From Dehalococcoidia bacterium (GTDB lineage: Bacteria; Chloroflexota; Dehalococcoidia; Dehalococcoidales; UBA1222): DNA of 64,000 bases. This document shows positions 18,039 through 27,997 of the stretch, in pieces. Location: NCBI GenBank assembly GCA_003597995.1, contig QZJY01000016.1, positions 751 to 64,750 on the forward strand, read 5' to 3'. Under the pieces are notes generated by a model. That model saw only the letters and a list, made by a program, of their open reading frames with translations, made no database searches and was not told where the DNA came from. A program made the position numbers and the translations under genes. Each line of letters begins with the position of its first letter. Position 1 is the first letter of the stretch.

Positions 18039-19139
18039 ATGGCTATAAAACGCGATTATTATGAAGTGCTGGGCGTGAGCAGGGACGCCAGCGAAGATGA
18101 TATCAAGAAGGCTTTCCGCAAACTGGCCTTCCAGTATCATCCGGATAAAAATGCTAGGGACGGCGCATCAGACAAGTTCAAGGAAGCCAGCGAGGCCTAC
18201 CAGGTGCTGTGCGACCCCGAAAAGCGCCGCGCCTACGACCGCTTCGGGCACGCCGGAGTGGACGGGGCTTCACGCGGCTTCGAGGACTTCGGTTTCGGCG
18301 GCATGGGCGGCGGCGTGGGCAGCATTTTCGAGGATTTTTACAATTTTTTCAGCGATGCGGCCACCACCAGCCGCACCGCCCCGGTGCGCGGCGGCGACAT
18401 ACAGTACCTGCTGGAACTCACCTTCGAAGAAGCCGCCCTCGGCGTGGATAAAGAACTGCGCATCACCCGCACCGAAAACTGCTCGGTGTGCCATGGCAGC
18501 GGCGCCAAACCCGGCACGCAGCCTGTACAGTGCCCCGAGTGCAAGGGGAGCGGCAGGGTGCAGCGCGTGCAGCAGAGCCTTTTCGGACGCTTTACCAATA
18601 TCGCCGCCTGTCCCAGGTGCGGCGGCAGCGGCAAGATAGTCACTGAAGCCTGCACCCATTGCCACGGCAGCGGGCACGAGCGCTTCGAGCGCAGCATCAA
18701 TCTCACCATTCCGGCTGGTGTGGATAACGGCATGAACCTTCAGATGAGCGGCCAGGGCAACGCCGGCGAGCGCGGCGGCATGGCAGGCAACCTCATCGTG
18801 GGCTTACAGGTGAAACCGCACGAGTTTTTCCGCCGCGAGGACAGCAATATCGTTTACGACCTCAAAGTAAACTTCGCGCAGGCGGCTCTGGGCGCGGACG
18901 TCACCATTCCCACGCTCTACGGCGACATGCCTCTCAAAGTTCCGGCGGGCAGCCAGGCGGGAGAGGTGTTCATACTCAAGGGCAAGGGCATCCCGCATTT
19001 CCGCCGCTCAGGCAAGGGCGATCAGCTGGTGCGGCTCGTCGTGGCGACGCCCGAAAAGCTGACCAAAGAACAGAAGCGCCTCTTCGAGGAGTTGGCCGAT
19101 AGCTTCGAGGGCAAAAAGAAGAAGAAAGAATCGGAATAG
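18039..19139 (+). CDS. dnaJ: co-chaperone DnaJ
   Basis: Starts [13 protein letters not shown], with HPD, a G/F region and four CxxCxGxG repeats. The ORF track start at 17958 is rejected as an extension. Confidence 0.95.
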   Translation: MAIKRDYYEVLGVSRDASEDDIKKAFRKLAFQYHPDKNARDGASDKFKEASEAYQVLCDPEKRRAYDRFGHAGVDGASRGFEDFGFGGMGGGVGSIFEDFYNFFSDAATTSRTAPVRGGDIQYLLELTFEEAALGVDKELRITRTENCSVCHGSGAKPGTQPVQCPECKGSGRVQRVQQSLFGRFTNIAACPRCGGSGKIVTEACTHCHGSGHERFERSINLTIPAGVDNGMNLQMSGQGNAGERGGMAGNLIVGLQVKPHEFFRREDSNIVYDLKVNFAQAALGADVTIPTLYGDMPLKVPAGSQAGEVFILKGKGIPHFRRSGKGDQLVRLVVATPEKLTKEQKRLFEELADSFEGKKKKKESE

Positions 19140-19161
19140 ACTCTCACCTATCGATAGAATC

Positions 19162-19197
19162 AAAGAGGCCGTGCTGGAAAAGCGCGGCCTCTTTTTA
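19162..19197 (+). terminator. intrinsic terminator of the dnaK-dnaJ operon
   Basis: aagaggccg-loop-cggcctctt followed by a ttt run. Confidence 0.75.
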
Positions 19198-19552
19198 TGG
19201 GTGACAAGGAGTTGCTTTTGAACTCATCGAAAGTACAGGCCGACGTGAGAATATCGGACATCGGCAAGCCGATTAGTAGAGTCGGACGCCGATTAATACC
19301 GTGTTTTTTATCCCATGTAAAATCTGGCTGTGCACATTTCCCCGCCCCGCCAGATTCTTCGGCCATCCAATATGGCCTCCAGAATGGACAGACCGTGCGA
19401 TATTCTATGCTGGAAGCCGCGATGGGCGGCTGAAGCATCTGGAGGGGCATGGCATTCTCGCCAATAGAATCATGAAGAAGGGTGACTACTTGGCGGAGAT
19501 TGCCGTGTCGTCCGATTGAATCGGGTCCCCTCGCAATGGCAGGTATATATGC

Positions 19553-20602
19553 CTAGTGCCTGTGCCTGCCCCTGCCGGAGAAGAGTTTCCAGCGCCGTCC
19601 CGCCAGTTCGTGGCGGCAACTGGTGCCCAGTATCTCCGGTATGACATCGCATACAGCAGCGCCCTGGTAAAGAATGCGGTAGATTTTCTCAGTGATAGGC
19701 ATTTCCAGATTGAGCAATTTGGCCTGGTCCCATACGGCGGCGGTGGTAGCGACACCCTCGGCCACGCCCGTCATCGATGCCTGTATTTCGTCCAGCGGTC
19801 TTCCCCTGGTAAGTTCCATGCCTACCTGGTGGTTACGGCTGAGGTTCGAAGCGCAGGTGGCGATAAGGTCCCCCAGCCCGGCCAGCCCGGAAAGCGTCAT
19901 GGGGCTGGCTCCCAGTGCCACGCTGAAGGCGGCCATCTCAGTCAGTCCTCGCGTGATGAAAGCGGCTTTGGCGTTGTCGCCGTAGCCCAGCCCGTCCACC
20001 ATGCCCGCCCCCAGGGCGATGACGTTCTTGAGCGCCCCGCCCAGCTCCACGCCTATCATGTCGTGGTTGGTATAGACCGAGAAGTTCGGCCCGCTGAAGA
20101 GTTTCTGCGCCTTCTGGGCGACGGCCTCGTTTTTGGCGGCCACCACGGCAGCGGCGGGCAGGTCATCCAGGACCTCGCGGAACAGGTTAGGCCCCGATAT
20201 AACGCAGATATTCTTGTGATAAACGGGGTCTATTTCGTCGGCGATGACTTGGGACATGCGCTTGTTGGAACCGATTTCGAGGCCTTTGGCGGCGCTGACG
20301 ATGAGCTTATAGGTCTTCAGATATGGTTTGATGATGCGCATGTTCTGGCGCATGGTCTGGGACGGCACAGCCATGATGACAACGCTTGCGAGGGACATCG
20401 CCTCTTTAACCGAAGAGGTGACGCTGAGAGAGGGGGGGAACGCGGTGTTGCCCATTACATGACGGTCGGGGCCCTTGCTGCGCAGCTTTTCGGCCTCTTC
20501 CTCGGTGCGCGCCCACAGCTTGACGTCGGTTCCCCGGCGGGCTAGCAGTATGGCCAGAGTCATGCCCCAGCTGGTAGTGCCGATAACGCAGATTTTGGCC
20601 AT
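19553..20602 (-). CDS. gpsA: NAD(P)H-dependent glycerol-3-phosphate dehydrogenase
   Basis: 349 aa with IGTTSWG at the N-terminus and LGGALKNVIALGAG. The C-terminal tail runs into repeat DNA. Confidence 0.9.
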   Translation of the reverse strand: MAKICVIGTTSWGMTLAILLARRGTDVKLWARTEEEAEKLRSKGPDRHVMGNTAFPPSLSVTSSVKEAMSLASVVIMAVPSQTMRQNMRIIKPYLKTYKLIVSAAKGLEIGSNKRMSQVIADEIDPVYHKNICVISGPNLFREVLDDLPAAAVVAAKNEAVAQKAQKLFSGPNFSVYTNHDMIGVELGGALKNVIALGAGMVDGLGYGDNAKAAFITRGLTEMAAFSVALGASPMTLSGLAGLGDLIATCASNLSRNHQVGMELTRGRPLDEIQASMTGVAEGVATTAAVWDQAKLLNLEMPITEKIYRILYQGAAVCDVIPEILGTSCRHELAGRRWKLFSGRGRHRH

Positions 20603-20639
20603 GCTCTTGTTAATCTCTCAATAAAAGAGCCGGAACGCC

Positions 20640-21311
20640 TCAGGCCGCCATGCCGGAACGCGAGGCGGCCTTCTGGTTCAGCTTGCGTTCCTTGCCGGAG
20701 AGCAGGCGCTTGATGTTGTCGCGGTGGGCGATCAATATAATGAGCGCGCCGATGAGGACGTAATAGAGGTATTCGATGGGTACTCCGTAAATCACGGTGA
20801 GAGGTATCATGATAGCGTAGGCGCTGACCACGCCGGTGATGCTGCCGAGTGAGGCGAACCCGGAGAGTCCGGCGCTTATGATGAGTATTTCTCCGCCGAA
20901 GAGGGCGGCTACCGGGCTGATGACGGCCAGACCGCCGATGAAAGTGGCCACGCCGCGCCCGCCCTTGAATTTGGCGAACACCGGGAAGATGTGACCCATG
21001 ATAGCGCATAAACCGGCCAATGACTGGGCAGCCAGTCTTCCCAGGTTGAGATTACCCATACTCAGATTGCCGTCGCCTACGATAGCACCGGCGAGCAGCA
21101 CGGCCACGGCAGCCTTGAGCACGTCGCCTGCGGCCACCATGACGAAGGCCTTGCGCCCCAGCGTGCGCAGCACGTTAGTGCCGCCGGTGCGGCCGCTGCC
21201 GTAGTTGCGGATATCGACCTTGGCCTGCATCTTGCTTACGATAAGCCCGAAGGGAATCGAACCCAGAAGATAGCCGATGAGGGCTACCAGAATGAACCTG
21301 GCGACTATCAT
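20640..21311 (-). CDS. plsY: glycerol-3-phosphate acyltransferase PlsY (copy 1)
   Basis: 223 aa with GYLLGSIPFG, SGRTGGTNV and FKGGRGVAT, in the conserved der-plsY-gpsA order. Confidence 0.9.
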   Translation of the reverse strand: MIVARFILVALIGYLLGSIPFGLIVSKMQAKVDIRNYGSGRTGGTNVLRTLGRKAFVMVAAGDVLKAAVAVLLAGAIVGDGNLSMGNLNLGRLAAQSLAGLCAIMGHIFPVFAKFKGGRGVATFIGGLAVISPVAALFGGEILIISAGLSGFASLGSITGVVSAYAIMIPLTVIYGVPIEYLYYVLIGALIILIAHRDNIKRLLSGKERKLNQKAASRSGMAA

Positions 21312-22678
21312 TTCTTCTCACCTCTGGTCTTAAAAATGAGGCGCAGCGGTGTACCTTCGAAACCGAAATTACGACGGAGTTGGTTTTCCAGATAGCGCTG
21401 ATACGAGAAGTGCATCAGCGCGGCGTCATTAACGAAGAAAACGAAGGTCGGGGGGTTGACTTCCGCCTGAGTGGCGTAGAAAAATTTTAGAAGATGCATG
21501 CCTTTATGAGGGGGGGTATGCGCTGCCAGCACCTGCTGTACCGTGCTGTTGAGTTCGGCTGTGCCGATGCGCTTGAGCCTTTGGTTGTAGACCTCTATTG
21601 CCTGAGGCATAATGTCGGATATACCTGTACCGTCCATGGCTGATGTGTAGAGGATGGAGGCATACCGCATGAACTTCAGATTGGCCCGCAGGCAGCGGGT
21701 GACTTCATTCTTGTCCAAAGTCTTAGCCAGGTCCCATTTGTTCACTACAATAATAACGCCCTTAAAGGCCTGCTGAATATATCCGGCGACGTGTAAGTCC
21801 TGTGCCGTAACCAGTTCGCCGGCATCGAGTACCAGGAGAGCTATATCTGCGCGGTCAATGGCTTCAAGCGAGCGGATGACGCTGTATTTGTCCACCCCGC
21901 CGCCCTGACGACCCCGCCTTTTGATGCCAGCCGTATCTATAAGTATAACGCTTTGACCGCCAAAGTCAATAGCGGTATCGATGGCGTCGCGCGTTGTTCC
22001 CGGGATGGCGCTCACGATGACGCGCTCCTCACCCAGCAGGCGGTTGAGTATCATGGACTTGCCCACGTTGGGCCGCCCCACGATGGCAATTTTGAGTCCC
22101 TCAGCGGGTTTGACGGCGGTAGCGGCGGGAGAGGCCGGCAGGCGCGCCAGCAGGGCGTCCAGCAGGTCGTTGATGCCCCTGCCGTGATAGGCGCTGATGG
22201 CTATAGGCTCGCCCAGACCCAGGCGCGAAAACTCGGGCGCGGCCATGTCCAGCTTATCGTTATCGGCCTTATTAACCACCAGCATCACGCGCTCCTTGAC
22301 CGGGCGCAGCAGGGTTGCCAGGTCCTGGTCGCTGGGCATCAGGCCGTCCTTGGCGTCCACTAGGAAGAGTATCTGGTCGGCTTCTACGATGGCGATGTCC
22401 ACCTGGCGGTTGATTTCCGAGGTGAAAGAGGAACTCCCCTTGGCCTCCACTCCGCCCGTGTCGATGACGGTGAACTCTTTATCCAGCCAGCTCACGTCGG
22501 CTGTGAGGCGGTCGCGCGTGGTCCCGGGCAGGTCCTCCACGATAGCGATGCGCCGGCCGGCCAGGCGGTTGAGCAGCGTGGACTTGCCCACGTTCTGCCG
22601 CCCGACGATGGCCACCAGCGGCCGCGTGTGGGGAAGACGAGTTTCACTCTTGGGAGCGTTTTGATTATTTGCATCCAT
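21308..22678 (-). CDS. der: ribosome-associated GTPase Der (EngA)
   Basis: 456 aa with two G domains (GRQNVGKS and GRPNVGKS) and a KH-like C-terminus. Confidence 0.95.
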   Translation of the reverse strand: MDANNQNAPKSETRLPHTRPLVAIVGRQNVGKSTLLNRLAGRRIAIVEDLPGTTRDRLTADVSWLDKEFTVIDTGGVEAKGSSSFTSEINRQVDIAIVEADQILFLVDAKDGLMPSDQDLATLLRPVKERVMLVVNKADNDKLDMAAPEFSRLGLGEPIAISAYHGRGINDLLDALLARLPASPAATAVKPAEGLKIAIVGRPNVGKSMILNRLLGEERVIVSAIPGTTRDAIDTAIDFGGQSVILIDTAGIKRRGRQGGGVDKYSVIRSLEAIDRADIALLVLDAGELVTAQDLHVAGYIQQAFKGVIIVVNKWDLAKTLDKNEVTRCLRANLKFMRYASILYTSAMDGTGISDIMPQAIEVYNQRLKRIGTAELNSTVQQVLAAHTPPHKGMHLLKFFYATQAEVNPPTFVFFVNDAALMHFSYQRYLENQLRRNFGFEGTPLRLIFKTRGEKK

Positions 22679-22724
22679 GATTTTTAATTCTCATTTTGAT
22701 TTTAATAACAAGTCCCCAAAATTT

Positions 22725-22800
22725 CCTTGTCATTGTCGGGCTTGACCCGACAATCCAGCAGTCTCAGTGTTTATCTGGATTCCCGCTTTCGCGGGAATGA
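22725..22800. repeat. GC-rich hairpin modules (attgtcggg-cttga-cccgacaat; attcccgc-tttc-gcgggaat)
   Basis: The first module recurs almost exactly at 61006-61028. Confidence 0.75.
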
Positions 22801-22854
22801 CAATATTATCTTGTTGCTGTGTGAATGACAGTTTAAGCTTGAGAGCGACACAAT

Positions 22855-23793
22855 CTAGCGGCAGCTCTGCAGGATGCCAGTTCCGCCAAGAAGCTGCGCC
22901 AGCACTGCTTTTTGCGCGTGCAGGCGGTTCACGGCCTGGTCGAATACCACCGAGGCGCGGCTCTCGATAACCTCGTCCGAGACTTCCTGCCCTCGATGCG
23001 CCGGCAGGCAGTGCATGAAGATGGCTTCAGGGTCGGCCAGCGACATCAGCGCGCTGTCCACCTGGAAGCCCGTAAAGGCCTTGATGCGCGCAGTGTTTTC
23101 CGCTTCCTGCCCCATGCTGGTCCATGTGTCGGTATAGACCACGTCGGCACCCCTCACCGCGAGGCGCGGGTCATGCCCGGTTTCGATTTCGGAGCCGCTG
23201 TTTTCCGCCGATATTTGAGCCCGCTCCATGATGTTGCTGTTGAGCTCGTAACCTTCGGGCGTGGCGATGTTAAAGTTCATGCCCGCCAGAGCGCAGGCCA
23301 GGGCTAAACTGGCGGCCACGTTGTTGCCGTCGCCGATGAAAGTCAGAGTCAGCCCCTTGAGGTCTCCCTTGTTTTCAAAAATGGTGAGCAGGTCGGCCAG
23401 CGCCTGGCAGGGGTGCTCCCGGTCGGAAAGGGCGTTGATGATGGGGATGTCGGCGTATCTGCCGAGAACCTCAAGCGTTTCATGGCTGAAAACGCGGGCG
23501 GCCAAGACGTCCACGTATGTTGCCAGCACGCGCGCCACGTCCGGCACCGATTCGCGCTTGCCCAGACCCACTTCGGCAGGCGAAAGGTATATCACCTGGC
23601 CGCCGAGCTGGCGCATGGCCATTTCGAAGCTGACACGGGTGCGCAGCGATGGCTTTTCAAAGAGCAGCGCCAGCGTCTTATTGCTGAGCGCGGTCGTCCA
23701 GCCCATGGATTTCAGCTCAACGGCATCGGCCAGAAGCAGCTTCAGGTCGGTGCTGGAGAGGTCGGATATGGAAAGAAAATCCTTCGTCTGCAT
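22855..23793 (-). CDS. argF: ornithine carbamoyltransferase
   Basis: 312 aa with the SLRTRVSFE, HPCQALAD, DTWTSMG and HCLPA motifs. Confidence 0.9.
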   Translation of the reverse strand: MQTKDFLSISDLSSTDLKLLLADAVELKSMGWTTALSNKTLALLFEKPSLRTRVSFEMAMRQLGGQVIYLSPAEVGLGKRESVPDVARVLATYVDVLAARVFSHETLEVLGRYADIPIINALSDREHPCQALADLLTIFENKGDLKGLTLTFIGDGNNVAASLALACALAGMNFNIATPEGYELNSNIMERAQISAENSGSEIETGHDPRLAVRGADVVYTDTWTSMGQEAENTARIKAFTGFQVDSALMSLADPEAIFMHCLPAHRGQEVSDEVIESRASVVFDQAVNRLHAQKAVLAQLLGGTGILQSCR

Positions 23794-24053
23794 AAGTCAC
23801 CCCGTCAGTGTAAGTGCCTAAGTATAGCATACAAAAGGGGGTGGGGGATGGGCGATAAGCCTATGAGAGCTACGCCTTGCGCTTCTGCACCAGCTTGTAA
23901 ATATCCTGTTGGGGTAAATATTCCATAATAATGCCTCAAGAACTTTGTATAATACGTTAAATCACAACCCCGCCTTACGCTTCTAGGAGAGTTGCGAAAG
24001 CCGTTGGTTTACTTGACTCAGGGACTATAATAAGCAATGGAGGTATAACAATT

Positions 24054-24425
24054 ATGCATTCAGAGAAAACTATTGATGGAGTCTGGACAGAATTAAAACA
24101 ATTGGAAGGCACGGATGTCGAAACCCTTTGTCAAAATTCTAAAAACCATATTTTCAAGTTCAATGATAAAGAAATGATTCGGTATGCAGATCCGCCCCGG
24201 GGAAGAGGGGCTGCCACGGCAGTTCCCCGAAGAACATTTAAAATAATTTGGGAGAACCTGGTAAAATGTGGCGAATTTGAACCCAGCATTACCCCTGCGT
24301 ATAGGATTGCTTGTGCTTGTATCGCAAGGTTACCAGAGGTCGAATACTCTTGCAAAGAAAATCGTGTACATCTGTATATATTGCCACAAAGAACTCATGA
24401 GTTCGGAACGGTCAGAGAGCATTAG
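24054..24425 (+). CDS. hypothetical protein (AT-rich islet)
   Basis: 123-aa ORF with GGAGGT 9 nt upstream of the ATG. No recognisable family. Low GC relative to the flanks. Confidence 0.5.
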   Translation: MHSEKTIDGVWTELKQLEGTDVETLCQNSKNHIFKFNDKEMIRYADPPRGRGAATAVPRRTFKIIWENLVKCGEFEPSITPAYRIACACIARLPEVEYSCKENRVHLYILPQRTHEFGTVREH

Positions 24426-24467
24426 GATTTGTTGAGTACACAAGTGTCAATAAATTAGGAGCCAGAT

Positions 24468-24998
24468 GTGAAAATTCTAATCAAGTTACTTCTCAATGTA
24501 GTCCTTGTGACACTCCAAGTTACTGTCCTTACCGCATGCTCTAAAACTGAAAATCAATCTGGACAAACACCATATACCCTCACAGTCACCGCTACCGTTA
24601 CACCGACGACCATGTCGTCAACACCCATTCCCACACAACAAAACGACCCATACCTACAAGAACTAAGCAAAGTAGCAGGAATAAGCTCTGCCCAGATACC
24701 CCCAGGCTCTTATGTGTCTGACGCCTATCTGGGAACTAGAACTCTAACAATCAAGGGCAAAGTACTCACCATGTATTGTCAAGCTAAAACTGGAAATATA
24801 GAAGACTTTCCCCTTTTGGGCACCCATACCTATGAGTATGTTCTTTGCGGACAGTGGAACACCCAACCATCGCTGGATAACTGCTTTGAAATCTCCTTAA
24901 AGGATGTAGTCAGTGGGAGTTATTATATGGTCCCTTTTAAGAATAAAGGTAATTATGGGATTATCGTGCTTGGCGGAGATTCCTATAGGATACAGTAA
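24468..24998 (+). CDS. putative lipoprotein of unknown function
   Basis: 176 aa with a GTG start, a signal peptide ending in the lipobox LTAC, then a Thr/Pro-rich linker. Confidence 0.55.
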   Translation: MKILIKLLLNVVLVTLQVTVLTACSKTENQSGQTPYTLTVTATVTPTTMSSTPIPTQQNDPYLQELSKVAGISSAQIPPGSYVSDAYLGTRTLTIKGKVLTMYCQAKTGNIEDFPLLGTHTYEYVLCGQWNTQPSLDNCFEISLKDVVSGSYYMVPFKNKGNYGIIVLGGDSYRIQ

Positions 24999-25104
24999 AG
25001 AAAATAACGGGTAACGTCGATTGGCTGAAACTTGGCATGCGTTTCATTGAAATAAATAACTATTATTGCAATTTGAAGAGGGGGCAATCGGCCTCCGCCT
25101 GTTT

Positions 25105-25138
25105 ACCGCCTGATACCAACTTCGCAGGCGGTTGTTTA
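25105..25138 (+). terminator. possible terminator after the lipoprotein gene
   Basis: accgcctg-12 nt-caggcggt followed by tgttta. Confidence 0.35.
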
Positions 25139-25232
25139 CACGAATAAACTCGTTACTTTCTATGAAGAGGGTTAATGAATCATGAGCCCGTTCTCTCGCG
25201 GGCATTCCGTGGCACCTACGCAATCCTCTCTC

Positions 25233-25241
25233 TGCTATAAT
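25233..25241 (+). promoter_or_regulatory. extended -10 promoter (TGCTATAAT) of polA, 6 nt from the ATG (leaderless geometry)
   Basis: TG at 25233-25234, TATAAT at 25236-25241, ATG at 25248. No Shine-Dalgarno sequence lies between them. Confidence 0.55.
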
Positions 25242-25247
25242 TATCTC

Positions 25248-27989
25248 ATGCCTGAATCTCAAAAACCCCGCCTCTTGCTCATCGACGGCAACAACCTGGT
25301 GCACCGCGCCTTCCACGCGCTTCCGCCCCTCACCGTCCGCCGCACCGGCGAGCTGGTGAACGCCGTTTACGGCTTTTCCTCCATGCTGCTCAAGGTGCTG
25401 GCCGACCAGAAGCCGACGCACTACGCCGTCGCCTTCGATAAAAAAGGGCCGACCTTCCGCCACGACATGTTCGAGGACTACAAGGCCAACCGCCCCTCCA
25501 CCCCTGACGAGTTGGTGGGACAGCTTAGCCGCACGCGCGAACTGGTAAAGGATTTCAACATTCCCGTCTATGAAATGGACGGATTCGAGGCCGACGACAT
25601 GCTGGGGGCCCTCTCGCACCAGGCGGCGCAGCAGGGAATAGAGACCGTCATCCTCACCGGAGACGCCGATGCCATGCAGCTCGTGGGGCCGCATGTCAGG
25701 GTGCTCTATCCGAAGACGATGGGCGAGGCGGTCTTAATGGATGCGGAGAAGGTCAAGGAAAAGTACCTCGTGCCGCCGGAGATGATAGCCGACCTCAAGG
25801 CCCTGAAGGGCGACCCATCTGACAACATCCCCGGTGTCAAGGGCATCGGCGAAAAGACGGCCGCCAAGCTCATTCAGCAGTTCGGCGGTGTGGAAGATAT
25901 TTACAATCACATCGACGAGGTGACGCCGCCGCGCATACAGGACCTGCTGAGGCAGAATGAGGCTGTCGCGCGCCAGAGCAAGGCGCTGGCGACTATAGAC
26001 GTAAAAGCGCCCGTGACGCTTGACCTGGAGGGCTGTCGCGTCAAAAACTTCGACCGCGAGAAAGTAGTGGCACTTTTCCGCGACCTGGAATTCTTCAAGC
26101 TGATAGACCGCCTGCCTTTAGCTCAGTCCGCTACCTCTGGAGTGCAGGGAACGCTGATGGGGGAAGCGCCGGCCGCCCCGACGCCCCGCGCCGAAGAGAA
26201 GAAGGAGTACCGGACTGTCATCACTCGCGGGGAACTCGAAGCGCTGGCGGGTCGATTGAACGAAACGAAAAACTTCGCCTTTGATGTGGTGGCGAGAGCG
26301 GGCAACCCGATGAATGCGCAACTCGTGGGTATCGCTATTTCTCCCTCATTCGGCGAGGCTTATTATATTCCACTGACGCACGCCGGACTGGAGGCAGGGC
26401 CTCAGCTTGCGCCGGACGAGGTCAAGCGCGCGCTTTCACCAGTTTTCGAGAACCTCAAAATCGAAAAATCGGCGCACAACGCCAATTTTGCCACCAGCCT
26501 GCTTTATGAGTACGGGATAGACTCGCGCAGAGTCTCATTCGACACCATGTTAGCGGCACATCTCCTGGGCGAACAGTCCCTCGAACTCAAGAGCCTGGCT
26601 CTGGGAAGGCTGGGTGTCGAGTTACCGGTTCTACCCACAGGTTCGGGAGCAAAACAAATTCCTGTATCTCACCTCTCCGTTCAGGCTGTATCTGATTACG
26701 CCTGCGCCTGCGCCGATGCCATAAGTCGCCTCTCTGTAACGCTCACAGCAGAACTTGAGAAACAGGGTCTTTTCTCGCTTTTCGAGGACCTGGAGATGCC
26801 GCTCGTGCCCGTCCTGGTGCGCATGCAGAGAAACGGCGTCATGCTGGACAGCAAGCTCCTCGAGGATATGTCGTCTCGCCTGGGGGACAGGCTTACCGCG
26901 CTGGAGAGCGAGATATACAAATGCGTCGGGCACCAGTTCAACATCAACTCGCCCAAGCAGCTCGGGCCGGTACTCTTCGAGGAATTGCATTTGCCCACCG
27001 AGCAGAAAAAGAAAGGCTCCTGGTCCACCGAAGCCGCTGTGCTGGAAGCCCTGCGCGGGGCGCACCCGGTGGTAGATTTCATACTCGAGTACCGCCAGCT
27101 TAACAAGCTCAAATCGACCTACATAGACGCTTTACCGGGGCTGGTCAATCCACGTAGCGGACGCGTGCATACCAGCTTCAACCAGATGCGCACGGCCACC
27201 GGCCGCCTCTCGTCTAGCGACCCCAATTTGCAGAACATACCTGTACGCGGCGAGCTGGGGCGCGAGATACGGCGGGCCTTCATTGCCCCGCCCGGCCACG
27301 TCCTCCTCTCCGGCGACTATTCTCAGATAGACCTGCGCGCCCTGGCGCACCTCTCACAGGACGCCCTGCTACTCTCCACATTTGAGCGCGGCGAAGACAT
27401 TCACACTGCCACCGCAGCCCAGCTCTTCGGCGTGGATTCGAAAGCGGTTACCGCCGACATGCGCCGCCTGGCCAAGACGGTCAATTTCGGCGTTATATAC
27501 GGCATGAGCGGCTACGGGCTGGAGCAGGCAACCGAGTTTTCCCGTGAGGAGGCCGAGCGCTTCATAGCCGCCTACTTTGATAAATATCCCGGCGTGCGCC
27601 GCTATCTCGACGACACCAAGATGGACGCCCGCCGCCAGGGTTACGTGGAGACCGTGCTGGGGCGGCGGCGCTACATACCGGAGATAAACTCCGCCAACCG
27701 CATGATACGCGAAGCGGCGGAGCGCATGGCTATCAACATGCCGGTGCAGGGCACCTCGGCGGACATCATCAAAGTGGCCATGCTCAATCTGGAAGAGGAA
27801 ATGGATTTTAGAAAGCTCGCCAGCAAGCTCATTCTGCAGGTGCACGACGAGCTGATATTCGAGGTGCCCGAGGGCGAGGTCGCCGTAATGCAGGAAATTG
27901 TGCCGCGCCTGATGGGCTGCGCCATACAACTCGCCGTGCCGGTGAAGGTGGACGTCAAAATCGGCTGTACCTGGGGCCAGATGGAGTAG
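25248..27989 (+). CDS. polA: DNA polymerase I
   Basis: Starts MPESQKPRLLLIDGNNL (5' nuclease domain), has a 3'-5' exo-like middle, and carries the pol motifs DYSQIDLR and QVHDELIFE. Confidence 0.97.
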   Translation: MPESQKPRLLLIDGNNLVHRAFHALPPLTVRRTGELVNAVYGFSSMLLKVLADQKPTHYAVAFDKKGPTFRHDMFEDYKANRPSTPDELVGQLSRTRELVKDFNIPVYEMDGFEADDMLGALSHQAAQQGIETVILTGDADAMQLVGPHVRVLYPKTMGEAVLMDAEKVKEKYLVPPEMIADLKALKGDPSDNIPGVKGIGEKTAAKLIQQFGGVEDIYNHIDEVTPPRIQDLLRQNEAVARQSKALATIDVKAPVTLDLEGCRVKNFDREKVVALFRDLEFFKLIDRLPLAQSATSGVQGTLMGEAPAAPTPRAEEKKEYRTVITRGELEALAGRLNETKNFAFDVVARAGNPMNAQLVGIAISPSFGEAYYIPLTHAGLEAGPQLAPDEVKRALSPVFENLKIEKSAHNANFATSLLYEYGIDSRRVSFDTMLAAHLLGEQSLELKSLALGRLGVELPVLPTGSGAKQIPVSHLSVQAVSDYACACADAISRLSVTLTAELEKQGLFSLFEDLEMPLVPVLVRMQRNGVMLDSKLLEDMSSRLGDRLTALESEIYKCVGHQFNINSPKQLGPVLFEELHLPTEQKKKGSWSTEAAVLEALRGAHPVVDFILEYRQLNKLKSTYIDALPGLVNPRSGRVHTSFNQMRTATGRLSSSDPNLQNIPVRGELGREIRRAFIAPPGHVLLSGDYSQIDLRALAHLSQDALLLSTFERGEDIHTATAAQLFGVDSKAVTADMRRLAKTVNFGVIYGMSGYGLEQATEFSREEAERFIAAYFDKYPGVRRYLDDTKMDARRQGYVETVLGRRRYIPEINSANRMIREAAERMAINMPVQGTSADIIKVAMLNLEEEMDFRKLASKLILQVHDELIFEVPEGEVAVMQEIVPRLMGCAIQLAVPVKVDVKIGCTWGQME

Positions 27990-27997
27990 CGCTTTTC

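Noticed and set aside
19197-19519. ORFs (19160-19450 on the minus strand, 19197-19433 on the plus strand, 19301-19519 on the plus strand) and a possible ncRNA in the 410-bp dnaJ-gpsA spacer.
   Set aside because: The ORFs mutually overlap and have no RBS or family motifs. The region contains degenerate copies of the 38-nt repeat. I could not recognise SRP, tmRNA, RNase P or 6S signatures.
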